DNA of 64,000 nucleotides from a bacterium (GTDB lineage Bacteria; UBA10199; 2-02-FULL-44-16; JAAZCA01): NCBI GenBank assembly GCA_963674695.2, contig CAXXGI010000001.1, positions 256,001 to 320,000 of the forward strand, read 5' to 3'. Shown piece by piece: positions 22,401 to 29,241 of this stretch (position 1 is its first letter; each line of letters starts with the position of its first letter). The notes under the pieces were generated by a model. It saw only the letters and a program-made list of their open reading frames with translations, ran no database searches and was not told where the DNA came from. The position numbers and the translations under genes were made by a program.

Positions 22401-24366
22401 CAGCCTTCGACTGGCCGGCCGAATCGGCGCCGATCGCCAGCTACAAACGCTGGGACACTTCTTCTCCCGGCAGACCGAAGGCGCGCTCGACGAACGCATG
22501 ATCAGCGTCATAGCACGCCTGACCAATCCCATCGAACGGACCATCGGCGGCAACCAGCCCTATCCGATGACGCTTGCCAATGCCAACGCCTATATGGAAG
22601 AGGTGCAGCGCCTCATGCCCTTCGGAATGATCAGCCCGGCTGGTCGCATACAACCCAAGGCGATGGATGCGTGGCTCACGACATGGATCGGTGCAGGATC
22701 TCCCCTGCACCAACACCTCTCGGCAACGCTGCAGACCGACAGCATCCTTCATGAATTCGTCGGCATGGTCATCATCCTCGATCGGATCGCACAATATGTT
22801 CCGACAGAGCGACTGGCCGATGCCGACCGCCGCTCGATTCAGACTACGGTCGTCCAGGCCAAGGATGCGCTCTCAAAGCACTTCGCAACCAGCTCCGCAG
22901 CCGAGGCGGAAGCTTTTCATCCAAAGGGGACGAACGGAGACGACCTCCAACGAAGCGCACGCGATGCCGTCGTCGCCGCCTTCTGGCAGCACGAATCATT
23001 GATAGACGACCTGGCGATGATCAAACCGTTGCTCACGCTCACCGAAACCGTGCGCGTGCACAAGCCGGGACTGCTCACCCTTCCGCATGAAGCTTTGGCG
23101 GAAGCGCACCCGGAGACCGGACGCGTCAATCCGTTCTTTATCACCCGCAGCATCCGCATGATGAAAAAACAGGGGACGAAGCTCGATCGCCTGCCCTTCA
23201 TGATCGAAGTCTTTCCAGAGCTGGCCGGCATGCTGACCATCCTCTGGTCGGTCGAGGATTCCTTGAATGCATCGGACCTATCGCAGTTCAATCAAATTTC
23301 CACACGTATTCACCACCAACTCTTCTCGCACAACACCGCACTGCTAGCGGAGAACGCGACCGCAACCGAAGCAGCAGAGCTGAACACGGCCTTCGAGCGT
23401 TCGATCGAGGAACTGGTCGCGTATTACAAACAGGTCCATCCGACGGTAAAGCACGGCCTCAACATCGTCGAACCGAATGCCGGAATTTCGGTTTCGTTCC
23501 TGTTGACCGGAATGGAACGCGATCCCTGGCAGAATCCGGACGAACTGCTCACGAACGACCCCCAGAGGCACCTGGCGCTCATCATGCCGGAGATGTTTGC
23601 CGTCGATCCCGCACGATCAGGGCACACGATGAAAATGCTCGCGCAGGTTCCCTATGAGAACGACGATTCCCGACGCGTACGGGATCTCTTCCAGGTGGTC
23701 GCCCAGCATTCGCCCGCATTCGCCTCGGCAAGCCTCATGACCTATCTGGCCTTTAACACCCTCTTGATGGAAAACACGAAGCAAGCGCATCGGCTTTTTG
23801 CCGATCCCATTCGGGACCATGAAGCCACATGGAAACAAGATCCGATACGGACTTTCGTCGACCTGGTCCTCGGAAAGGAACAGCGCGAAGCGATCCGCGA
23901 AGTGATGCAACGGGATTCATTCCAAACAGGAACCACGAACCTCAAGACGCTCACCGGACTCGATTCAATCTGGGATGCGCCGTTGACCATCGCGCAGGCG
24001 AAATCAAAAAAGAGCTCCGGAAACAGCAACCCCGAGGGATCTTCGGGTGCAAACACGCCCCCCGAGGGAACGCCTCCGCCGCAGACGCCGCCGACGGAGA
24101 CCGGCCCGCTGGCCGCGCCGAGATTCGCCGATGGCATCGAAGCGAGCAGCATCGTATACGGAGGTGTTCTCACCGATGAGCCGCTCGTCGTCGCCCCCAT
24201 CGAAACCGCCGCAGACGCCGGCATGATCGCCGAATTCGGCGGGATGGATCCGACCGATCTCATCGCCGCGCCGGAGGAACTCCTGGAGATGGGCGGAGCG
24301 GATTTCATGGGCGACAGCTCCGCCTTCATGATGACGAGCACCGCTGGTGCCGCCCTGGCTTTCTAA
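13498..24366 (+). CDS. Giant hypothetical protein (3622 aa), paralogue of 1..9015, with a roughly 600-aa internal duplication and acidic Met-rich tail
   Basis: Uninterrupted 10.9-kb ORF; GGAG RBS upstream; low-complexity S/T/P/H N-terminus; coiled-coil-like middle; duplicated module. Confidence 0.92.
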   Translation: MGDDIKKTGGASHIPHPQSDIHESDEGGTTPSDAHDAVDTYVAASATTPPPSLLSRKMIDAQLKEQGMTLHREHPYMSVNEYDCYRILQYAYDTLVDDLFPKVRTRFVEGEPPSGKKFDALIERSLVMGYAGQMQVTQKEAKGRISSFRETYVTFIRENLARLGLTGTGKPTSSSQPSTAHASTSTLTPATLATFILHARAQIGAIEALLRELADEDRVAGEEALSRAQRVEAEHLRPLGYDEAQIVGNLSRGNHRKERAQTIADKTRIIGDLFFDVRAQHTRETRPIDIDRVDTLIDAETGTGKKRRSMRDDLEAWIAQHIDNPEAAERLRTAAVMAIGWGMGATQPDQLPRLTLSSERIEDAAFIATERIADPDQRRDARDALAQQLLSALAHIALRAGRRQLLTADTDTRAAKPTVHARRSEHRLTLATDSARGIRFIPSVSGGMNELIEAIEEKIGPIDADRFEQITDIKLSIFRGYGQLRTQRTASRDNWATVVELHQGETWPKLVAIAEENGTLEELLTRFPPANSNDARWKQRLHDARGDDTLIDLATGYTPAAFVLKGGLRRMLEAYLPKKADVRKRMQREIDEYEKAGLLGENALETMPTAFTPSDWELLIAHAVAADELEKLTVEPKQRDADEKLLIAFIHLGTLARNRGFELDPVDFAAALSPIIRSMRDHADTEGTIIVPVPKFMGDLEYTNYGTPTFASRMKGIETAMPEATRQNQAGGHVQRASWLSLDRINSSLAGRDVSESDDQIRSHKQFNGGFMRWIELLMGTIPDIRDAAGRRIDLEGITSRSRYRFQLVPNAAEYATDANESRTTQSAPRLLADAHRGYYGKLLEKADGYLAAVEALPFPVTVTRPAHHGMDAQTNTPIDRPEEEISPAQLRSEIAELILQEEIHRDRLEQGGASAQSDAQTIAFYRRIGRFAREIFYHLPIRGVAAIDGFDIPFQAVAKLARQRLRPEHAGRTTLVIDDIFEAAHAQGWSATRRNALIRLRLLMGLARREGRLTPNIVHAGEIVEALRPIWEAPEHLLEQAALDFIALGQRVPLDDAGQALATIIGRGRQAPSAGPHEPNLPGHAETWDVQFRQFAAERDADSAMIEAGLAAIRTYFATTHGFASHFWSARLDSAVHAAAHEQDVDPIALRALICESFGRMGIANGKPVDGLHIIDPNSPEHAVRTRLAEIAVSAYMGLFAHDPKLILKVPVQEELITDVVRLTLEEYGQQLDHPPRPHLVARETRILLRRHNERAHIPHTRANNALPTTGLLETRLAHAATIWEAKHPDEKIDRTRTLDAVLAANRSRPSDENAEASALQSLSENDAHFVRHYLHQQREALADFEQLMADPEMGFAKRARKRFAAPNVTDQSLVAFAIAFARERLTSVSPTPARDIAFELVADDFLPFEAIAHRMTESLTGMLATTFSDMHEQMREEIDLARTAIEIEANDETVVVASFKAFIETVCSRNELGSWEDVQQRDRSWGLLADVAGIDAEGTSIEAFARRLYTEQVVPRFEKMQAEHAEKIERIDTAEEQAAILQNKIGMISAMYAMVPNTAAMNDKAIERAQKHLDRGARVLLRQTTAIKAMLETHSELEEIATQLDMSDLIDRVIAIEEKLVTATEEAKAVTARFEEHRVLLNKRADEIEQDKTEQEAIASAKKMAQHGATRALEIASAIADTTSQAAQAQIDSLQEAQAAFITAMETAQNAPTIPHMTAAGAALNDFLSIREKTDPLFDAATNTVTHALSQHAPHPNSASQLLTRLQTIDPATAGPHARTLAESITKLQDAIATAGTFITRMQEIRAIGVEPMYTDLRAIEARLPAMPPQLPEPGVISTEDDIILDDREVTISRTSTDPNASTRAQKRLAPILDARVLHTASQSFLLATQQHTRVQTWLSGMRDETLTAMDLFGNRITLDAHRWGFHLDNPASGIGAIGTDHPFHRIVNLLAAAVSTEDGTLLLLVELARKQLSGGVATDDLRNLLATLAIAPHPSSPADAHKTIRRWALARAERLAQVLGTKQNAIFVDTTPASEEAKHLPMLSPRERTIQARFSAHNTTHPHLGLMTIVTPKGTHEFLIDPEEVDANKARVDRREMRASNAVFHLYDPTDNREKEMSSEAMRAIGAWDEKNDVVITTPLQDDPVLWQKERLIWRIFVDPRLTKLAAIVHHQRKGTGPEGFNDFLERLLAPIAFADDETDTSLSLIAAQDIAVEQYERFQRRGYDLPEIVNADFNAIANLVRGWMRTNYQLTENDTEHLLDAARENPLLKRTLTQLMIMGAIIAQRKGLPPKISDRMCKHCSDLLSSFAEILIHAQPNQRSMRFNRALRRFPTDRLYREERQWIVDPEGLGLTAPLHGWIHPTYPDDAPWLMPTDSSALMRFPEIGRVGMERILIFYQEKEENAAAFPKGLVELAFIAPSLAGLFTIIATVHRRLPPEFETELKGIADAFSNALPRTKVEHKDTQTFTQQQRAIKQTVQKVLSLYQRHRAIILEALQRRDLMAYRTLGWWLTGTETPQNEVEQAIPERASLLQLPLLAHVAQPHPALLDILPEWGRPDLSLSKTNALIAQQERTTLPPTLQTAAQHVLTRTQAWPMAALAMLTRPLLSDALRTDLDSALRLSGAEAKTLVIANDPASLMHHDRIVARFAAVAKKHRDEIREILMRPASDTGIKGTQEQLQYAVIEDLLHEQSIFLPPSQLDAIESWTDTETLEQIENDLSALDFFFEEDGGTQDTRLSTTRRWLELQFTVIATSLKSGELPTEPLPVISTQVNELPPAMLHMALLVGINDTLGIHAQRWIDRIHDAELLDRDAGITDTIALAKEMYRFLIEERAHLHSSIQRRRLALHAHTAAEEMDDEVDETNRHRQLGIEAERILAHPSLSVLTLKTLQGTEQHLVDDDQFSRDMEALRTGEMKPGQFVLRTYDKRDDRWLEFPAHTIAMWGVNNIRSAARMPPLNDFPRFLASLRLAGRIGADRQLQTLGHFFSRQTEGALDERMISVIARLTNPIERTIGGNQPYPMTLANANAYMEEVQRLMPFGMISPAGRIQPKAMDAWLTTWIGAGSPLHQHLSATLQTDSILHEFVGMVIILDRIAQYVPTERLADADRRSIQTTVVQAKDALSKHFATSSAAEAEAFHPKGTNGDDLQRSARDAVVAAFWQHESLIDDLAMIKPLLTLTETVRVHKPGLLTLPHEALAEAHPETGRVNPFFITRSIRMMKKQGTKLDRLPFMIEVFPELAGMLTILWSVEDSLNASDLSQFNQISTRIHHQLFSHNTALLAENATATEAAELNTAFERSIEELVAYYKQVHPTVKHGLNIVEPNAGISVSFLLTGMERDPWQNPDELLTNDPQRHLALIMPEMFAVDPARSGHTMKMLAQVPYENDDSRRVRDLFQVVAQHSPAFASASLMTYLAFNTLLMENTKQAHRLFADPIRDHEATWKQDPIRTFVDLVLGKEQREAIREVMQRDSFQTGTTNLKTLTGLDSIWDAPLTIAQAKSKKSSGNSNPEGSSGANTPPEGTPPPQTPPTETGPLAAPRFADGIEASSIVYGGVLTDEPLVVAPIETAADAGMIAEFGGMDPTDLIAAPEELLEMGGADFMGDSSAFMMTSTAGAALAF

Positions 24367-24377
24367 AGGGCTTTTCT

Positions 24378-24476
24378 AAAAACCTATGATGTGCCACCTC
24401 CCGGGGAAAATGGAGCCCTTTTTTACAGGGTCATCGGAAAAAAGGTCTCCATTTTCCCCGGGAGGTGGCATCAATA
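24378..24476. repeat. ~100-bp long-stem inverted-repeat element (MITE-like), copy 1
   Basis: tgccacctcccggggaaaatggagcccttttt...aaaaaaggtctccattttccccgggaggtggca; second copy at 46372-46469. Confidence 0.85.
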
Positions 24477-24489
24477 TCTAAAGGACGGT

Positions 24490-27400
24490 ATGAAGATCGA
24501 GAGCTACAGACAATATGTGCAATCGACGGTGGGCACCGATCCGGCCACCGCCTATCCGGAGCTGTGGCATACACTGGAGCATGAGCAGACCGATGCGGCC
24601 ATGGCCGCGCTGATCAATCAGATCGGGCGTAATCCGGACATCGATGCCTCCACGCTCAAAGGCCTGCATCGTCAGTGGCGACGACTGCATGCATCGCCCG
24701 CAGATGCGCATCCGCTGACACCGGCGATGCACTTCGGTCGGGCTGATGCCATCGTCAGTGCAACGATCGCCTTTCTCAGCGCTGGAGCGTTCACCCCCAC
24801 GAGCAAACGGTTCTTTCGCACGCTGCAACAGAAGCTCACGGCGAATCCAAGACTCCTGCTCAAGCTGGAAGCGCTCACCGAACGACTCCAACAACAGGGA
24901 CAATCCATCCTGCTACGACGCGACATCCACATTTTCTTCATGGAGTTGGGGCTCGATTACCGCATCGCCTACGGAATGATCGCCCCGGCTGATACGAAAA
25001 GCATCACCGTCGGCATCGCCCGCAGCGACCGACTCATCGAGATGCACGAGAGCGCCATGGAACACCTCGTCAGCTGGATGGCGCGGGGACGACTGGACAT
25101 CGACGTCGCCGGGGTGGCACCCCGCATCTGGGATGCGCTTGAGCGCGGAAACATCCTGGAGCGAAACTTCGATCGCATCATCTTCGATGTAATCCCACGC
25201 CTCGAAACGGGTGAACTCCCTGGGGGCCCGATCAGGAAAGCGCTCGAGGGAATCCTGCGCAAAGCCGGGTACGAGCTTCGCTTCGACGATGACGCCCGTG
25301 GATTTTCGATCAGCACGGTAAAAATGAAGATCGCACCGATACCGCGAAGAGACCTGCGCGTCCGGAAATCGCAAACCCATCCGTTTTCGAGGATTCCCAA
25401 CATGCCGGTGGAGGCGATCTTCAGACACCTGCAGCACGATTCTCCGAGCGGAAACGTGGTCACCCAACGGTTGGGGAGCGCCCAAACGCAGATCCATTTC
25501 CCCGTCACCGCCACCACGCCCATCGACGGCGATCGATTCGATCCGGTGCCCCCCGACGCAAAGGTGATCGCCCTCTGGTTTCACGGCACGAGCGTGCGCA
25601 CCGCACACGGCGGAAACATCTGGGGCGAGATGAATCTCCTGGCTTCCTATGGCATCGCGCCGATCGGCTTCGACTATCCCTTTCATGGCCAGGGTCCTTG
25701 CGATGCGCGCCTGGCCGATGCCGACGCCTTCGCCGAATGGGTCCACGGCATCGTCGCACCGATTCGCGAGCGCCACCCGGACAAGAAGGTCCTCTTCTTC
25801 GGCCACAGCTTTGGCCCGGGGGCCATCCTCAATGCTTTGAGCCTCCATCCCGAGGATGCAGACGCCGCCATCCTGCTCGCCCCCACCGCGCGCGTGAGCA
25901 AACGCCTGCGCGAACACCATCGCCGGGTCGTGCAGCCCTACCTCGCCGATCGCTATACGAACTTTCAGGGCGTATCGTTCAACTTCGAAGGAGACCGCTG
26001 GGCCGAGCAAGTCATGCACAGCCAACGGTTCATGCAGCGTGCGCCCAGCTCGATTCGCATGCGCACGATCATTGGGGCGAACGACCACTACTATCCGGAT
26101 CGAGCGGAAGCGCTTCAACTCGCCCAACACTTTCCGGGCATGTCGATCCATCTCGTTCCCGGGCTGGATCACTATCTCTTCGGCAACAAGGTGCAGGATC
26201 TTCCCGCAAACGTACGGGATGAAATCTTTATCGAGCAGCCGCCGCATGACGACACGCGCTTGATCGTTTGGACGATCATCGACTTTCTGCGTTCGACTTT
26301 CGACAACATCGTGCCGCGCGTGCCTAACGCGCCGAACAAACGACTCGATCCGGCACGCGAAGCGCTCTGGCTCTCGACGGTCAATCCGGTCTTTCGGGCG
26401 TTGGCCCCGAAGGATGGATCGCTGCGCACCCCAGCAAGAGCGCAGGATTTCATCGCGGCCTGGCACTCCGAAAAGAGACGTTTCATCGATCAGCTGCTGC
26501 AGTCGAACGAACCTCCGCCCGGTCTTTCGCCGGACCAGAAAAAACGACTGGATCGCTTTCGATCGGCGATTGCCGATAGCACGATGAGCCCTCGGCGCCT
26601 CAACACGCTGCGCCGACAGCTGCTCCCAAAATGGATTCGAGCCTACACGCAGAATCGCACATCCACATCGACCGCACCGACCGACTTCCAGACCCGCCTC
26701 CATGGGGCCTTAGACTCCGTCGGAAAGAACCAGTGGAGCTTCGCCTTGCACGTACAGCTCAATATAGCGGCGATGCGGGCACGCACCGCAAGCAAATCGC
26801 TTGAACTCCTGCCCGCCATTGCGGCGCGCGAAGCGATCATGCAGATCTTTTCCGAGGAGATGGGCGAATACGCAAACCGGGTGCTGGCCACACAGATCGG
26901 CGGCGACATCCTTTCGGCCCTGCGACTCTTTCGCGATACGAAGCACATCATCGCGCTCGGCACCGAACCCAGTTCACCACCGGAAGCGATCGCGAAAAAA
27001 CTCACCGTCGATCGTTTCGCCAAGGCCCTACGCTGCAACGCTTATGGAGGTGCCGCCCAAACGCCCTCCGTCGCACAACCGAGTCGCATCGAAAACCTCG
27101 TCGCTGCCATCGCCATGGCGCTGCCGCTGGGAACGGTGCGCGGTCTCTTTTCCTTCACCCTGACGCCGGAGGGGCGCAAGCGCTACCTCGACTCCCACAG
27201 GGATGCGGACACAGCCGAGCCGGTCCATACCGAGATTCGATTCGGCGAGGGAAAAACCGAGCGCACGCTTGATCTCCTTGCGGTAAAGAAGGGGTCGCTG
27301 CCGCTCTCCGTGCGACGCTTTCTCGACACGGTCGGCATCGAGGGGGCCGTGACGGGGTCGGATGACATCGATGCGACGTTCTCGGATCAACCCGATGCCG

Positions 27401-27690
27401 CACACGCCTATGCGCGTGAGCACGGACTCCCACTGGCTTATGCCGACGGCCTGGTCGTCAAGGCATGGAATTTTCCCGAGTCTTCCCCGCGCCCGTTCGC
27501 AGGGGTGGGATCGGATGGCGAGGAGTCTCGGTGGAGTAGCGGCATGGGGGTGTTCGAGGTCCAGGATCTCTCTCTCGATGTCCTCGACGACATCGACGGG
27601 CTCGCCCCGGAGTTCGCCCCCTGGATGGAGAGCAGCGCCCTCATGAGCGCAACCCCGATCTGGACGGCCTTTTGCGGGCTTTCCCATTGA
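24490..27690 (+). CDS. Multidomain protein with central alpha/beta-hydrolase (lipase/esterase) domain and acidic tail
   Basis: WFHG oxyanion strand, FDYPFHGQG, nucleophile elbow GHSFG (25801-25815), candidate Asp in GANDH and His in GLDH. Start moved to ATG 24490 (AAGGA RBS) because the longer start lies inside the palindrome. Confidence 0.85.
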   Translation: MKIESYRQYVQSTVGTDPATAYPELWHTLEHEQTDAAMAALINQIGRNPDIDASTLKGLHRQWRRLHASPADAHPLTPAMHFGRADAIVSATIAFLSAGAFTPTSKRFFRTLQQKLTANPRLLLKLEALTERLQQQGQSILLRRDIHIFFMELGLDYRIAYGMIAPADTKSITVGIARSDRLIEMHESAMEHLVSWMARGRLDIDVAGVAPRIWDALERGNILERNFDRIIFDVIPRLETGELPGGPIRKALEGILRKAGYELRFDDDARGFSISTVKMKIAPIPRRDLRVRKSQTHPFSRIPNMPVEAIFRHLQHDSPSGNVVTQRLGSAQTQIHFPVTATTPIDGDRFDPVPPDAKVIALWFHGTSVRTAHGGNIWGEMNLLASYGIAPIGFDYPFHGQGPCDARLADADAFAEWVHGIVAPIRERHPDKKVLFFGHSFGPGAILNALSLHPEDADAAILLAPTARVSKRLREHHRRVVQPYLADRYTNFQGVSFNFEGDRWAEQVMHSQRFMQRAPSSIRMRTIIGANDHYYPDRAEALQLAQHFPGMSIHLVPGLDHYLFGNKVQDLPANVRDEIFIEQPPHDDTRLIVWTIIDFLRSTFDNIVPRVPNAPNKRLDPAREALWLSTVNPVFRALAPKDGSLRTPARAQDFIAAWHSEKRRFIDQLLQSNEPPPGLSPDQKKRLDRFRSAIADSTMSPRRLNTLRRQLLPKWIRAYTQNRTSTSTAPTDFQTRLHGALDSVGKNQWSFALHVQLNIAAMRARTASKSLELLPAIAAREAIMQIFSEEMGEYANRVLATQIGGDILSALRLFRDTKHIIALGTEPSSPPEAIAKKLTVDRFAKALRCNAYGGAAQTPSVAQPSRIENLVAAIAMALPLGTVRGLFSFTLTPEGRKRYLDSHRDADTAEPVHTEIRFGEGKTERTLDLLAVKKGSLPLSVRRFLDTVGIEGAVTGSDDIDATFSDQPDAAHAYAREHGLPLAYADGLVVKAWNFPESSPRPFAGVGSDGEESRWSSGMGVFEVQDLSLDVLDDIDGLAPEFAPWMESSALMSATPIWTAFCGLSH

Positions 27691-27921
27691 CGCCCGATAC
27701 CTGATCGTGTAGAAGCCGTGCTCGAATCATGGCAAAGGCTTGTCGTTCCGGCCTTTGGCAACACCCCTCCCTTCCCGGGAGGACAGCGTTGCGGCAGAGG
27801 CCACACCTCTGTCCCCCTCATTATCATTACAACTGAGCATTCCCCCGTCACGATACGCACGCATCGTTTCATGCACATGGCCTGCATCGATGCCAACAAC
27901 CGTGAAAGAGACGAAAACGTT

Positions 27922-29232
27922 ATGTCGAAGATAGACCCCAAAGAGCTGCTTCCGCCCTGGTGGCACGACCGCCCCGACCACCTGTCGGCGCACGATGAAA
28001 CGCTGCGCGAAACGTATCTCCGCGAGCGCGGAGGTGAAGACGGCTTTCGCGAGGCGCGCATCGGGTTCAAGGAACACCTGCTCGAGGGGGTGCTCGTCCG
28101 AAACGACCGCGGCATCGCGCGTCTCTTCGTCGATCTGCGCTCGGGATCGGCCGGCACCACGACCGTGCGTTCCGCCTTCCTTCGATTCCTGGGACAGGGA
28201 AGCGACCCCGACGGTCATCGCACGTCCAAGGAAAGACCCAACATCGTCGTCCCTCTCGCACAGACGATCGGACGCTTTGATGCCACCGAAATGGCCACGC
28301 ATGCGCTCTGTCAGGGCGCTCAGTCCGTCTTCAACCGAACACAGCAAATCACCGACGAGGAAACCTATATCGACACCTGGACGGCCTACCGCAACCTGAT
28401 GCTCGCCGCCACCGGGTCGCTGCGACATGAGCTGATCTCACCGCAGAAGCAGCATGCGATCGGTTCGGAAAACCATCTGCGCACCGTTCACGAACGCCTG
28501 GCACAACTCGAAACGATCTTCGAACTGGCCAAACTCTTTCCCCATGACCGGCTGCGAAACGATCCGCTCCATCGAACATGGGCCACCGCCTTCGTCGGCG
28601 GCCAGCGCGCAAAACTCGCCAACAGCATGTGGGCGATACAGATGCTGCGCGAACAGATCGACCGCGGCCGGGCCCAACAAAAGCACCTCACCTTTGCCGC
28701 CCAGGCCATTGTCGCGCTCCATGATCCGCTCGATCATATCCGCATGTCCTATGTGCGCGAAGACAGCATCTGGCCGTTCGTCCTGATCGAGTTGCCCAGC
28801 GAGGACAAACTGCAGGCCTTCAATCCCATCGCCCTGCGAGAGATGGTGGATCGGATCGTCTATGCCGCAGGGACAGCAGGCGCACAGCGAGGGCGGGCGA
28901 CATCGCTCTGGGTCTACTGGGATGTCGATCGGCGCGAGCTCTCCTTCACCGATGAAACCTCGACCCGCGGCGCACTCGACGCCTTTGCGGATGGAGCGCA
29001 GCGGGACTGGCTGGAGGCACTCGCCCCGGTTTTGGGAAATGAGGGCGCACTCGCCCTGGAGCATGACCATGACGGTCACGTCGAAGCGGTGGTGATCACC
29101 GTACCGCAGCAGGAAGCGATCGCCGCGGAGCTACCTCCTGAGGAGTTCAACGAAGGCGCCGTGGACCTCGAGGCCTTTAATCTCCCCGCCGCAACACCAC
29201 CGGCCTATGCCTTCACCACCCTCAGACTGTAA
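27922..29232 (+). CDS. Hypothetical protein with degenerate histidine-kinase-like (H-box and HATPase_c-like) segments and acidic tail
   Basis: SLRHELISP resembles an H-box; ALREMVDRIVYAA...RELSFTDE...GALALEH...VVITVP follows HATPase_c topology without intact N/G boxes; start ATG 27922 is a judgement call. Confidence 0.6.
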   Translation: MSKIDPKELLPPWWHDRPDHLSAHDETLRETYLRERGGEDGFREARIGFKEHLLEGVLVRNDRGIARLFVDLRSGSAGTTTVRSAFLRFLGQGSDPDGHRTSKERPNIVVPLAQTIGRFDATEMATHALCQGAQSVFNRTQQITDEETYIDTWTAYRNLMLAATGSLRHELISPQKQHAIGSENHLRTVHERLAQLETIFELAKLFPHDRLRNDPLHRTWATAFVGGQRAKLANSMWAIQMLREQIDRGRAQQKHLTFAAQAIVALHDPLDHIRMSYVREDSIWPFVLIELPSEDKLQAFNPIALREMVDRIVYAAGTAGAQRGRATSLWVYWDVDRRELSFTDETSTRGALDAFADGAQRDWLEALAPVLGNEGALALEHDHDGHVEAVVITVPQQEAIAAELPPEEFNEGAVDLEAFNLPAATPPAYAFTTLRL

Positions 29233-29241
29233 GAAATATGG

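Noticed and set aside
24391-24489. N-terminal extension MPPPGENGALFYRVIGKKVSIFPGR of the hydrolase ORF
   Set aside because: It is the translation of the palindromic element (the same peptide appears at 46.4 kb); ATG 24490 has an RBS.
8700-29232. C-terminal tails as MYXO-CTERM/PEP-CTERM substrates of the CPBP protease
   Set aside because: Tails lack the TM helix followed by a basic cluster, and the proteins lack N-terminal signal peptides.
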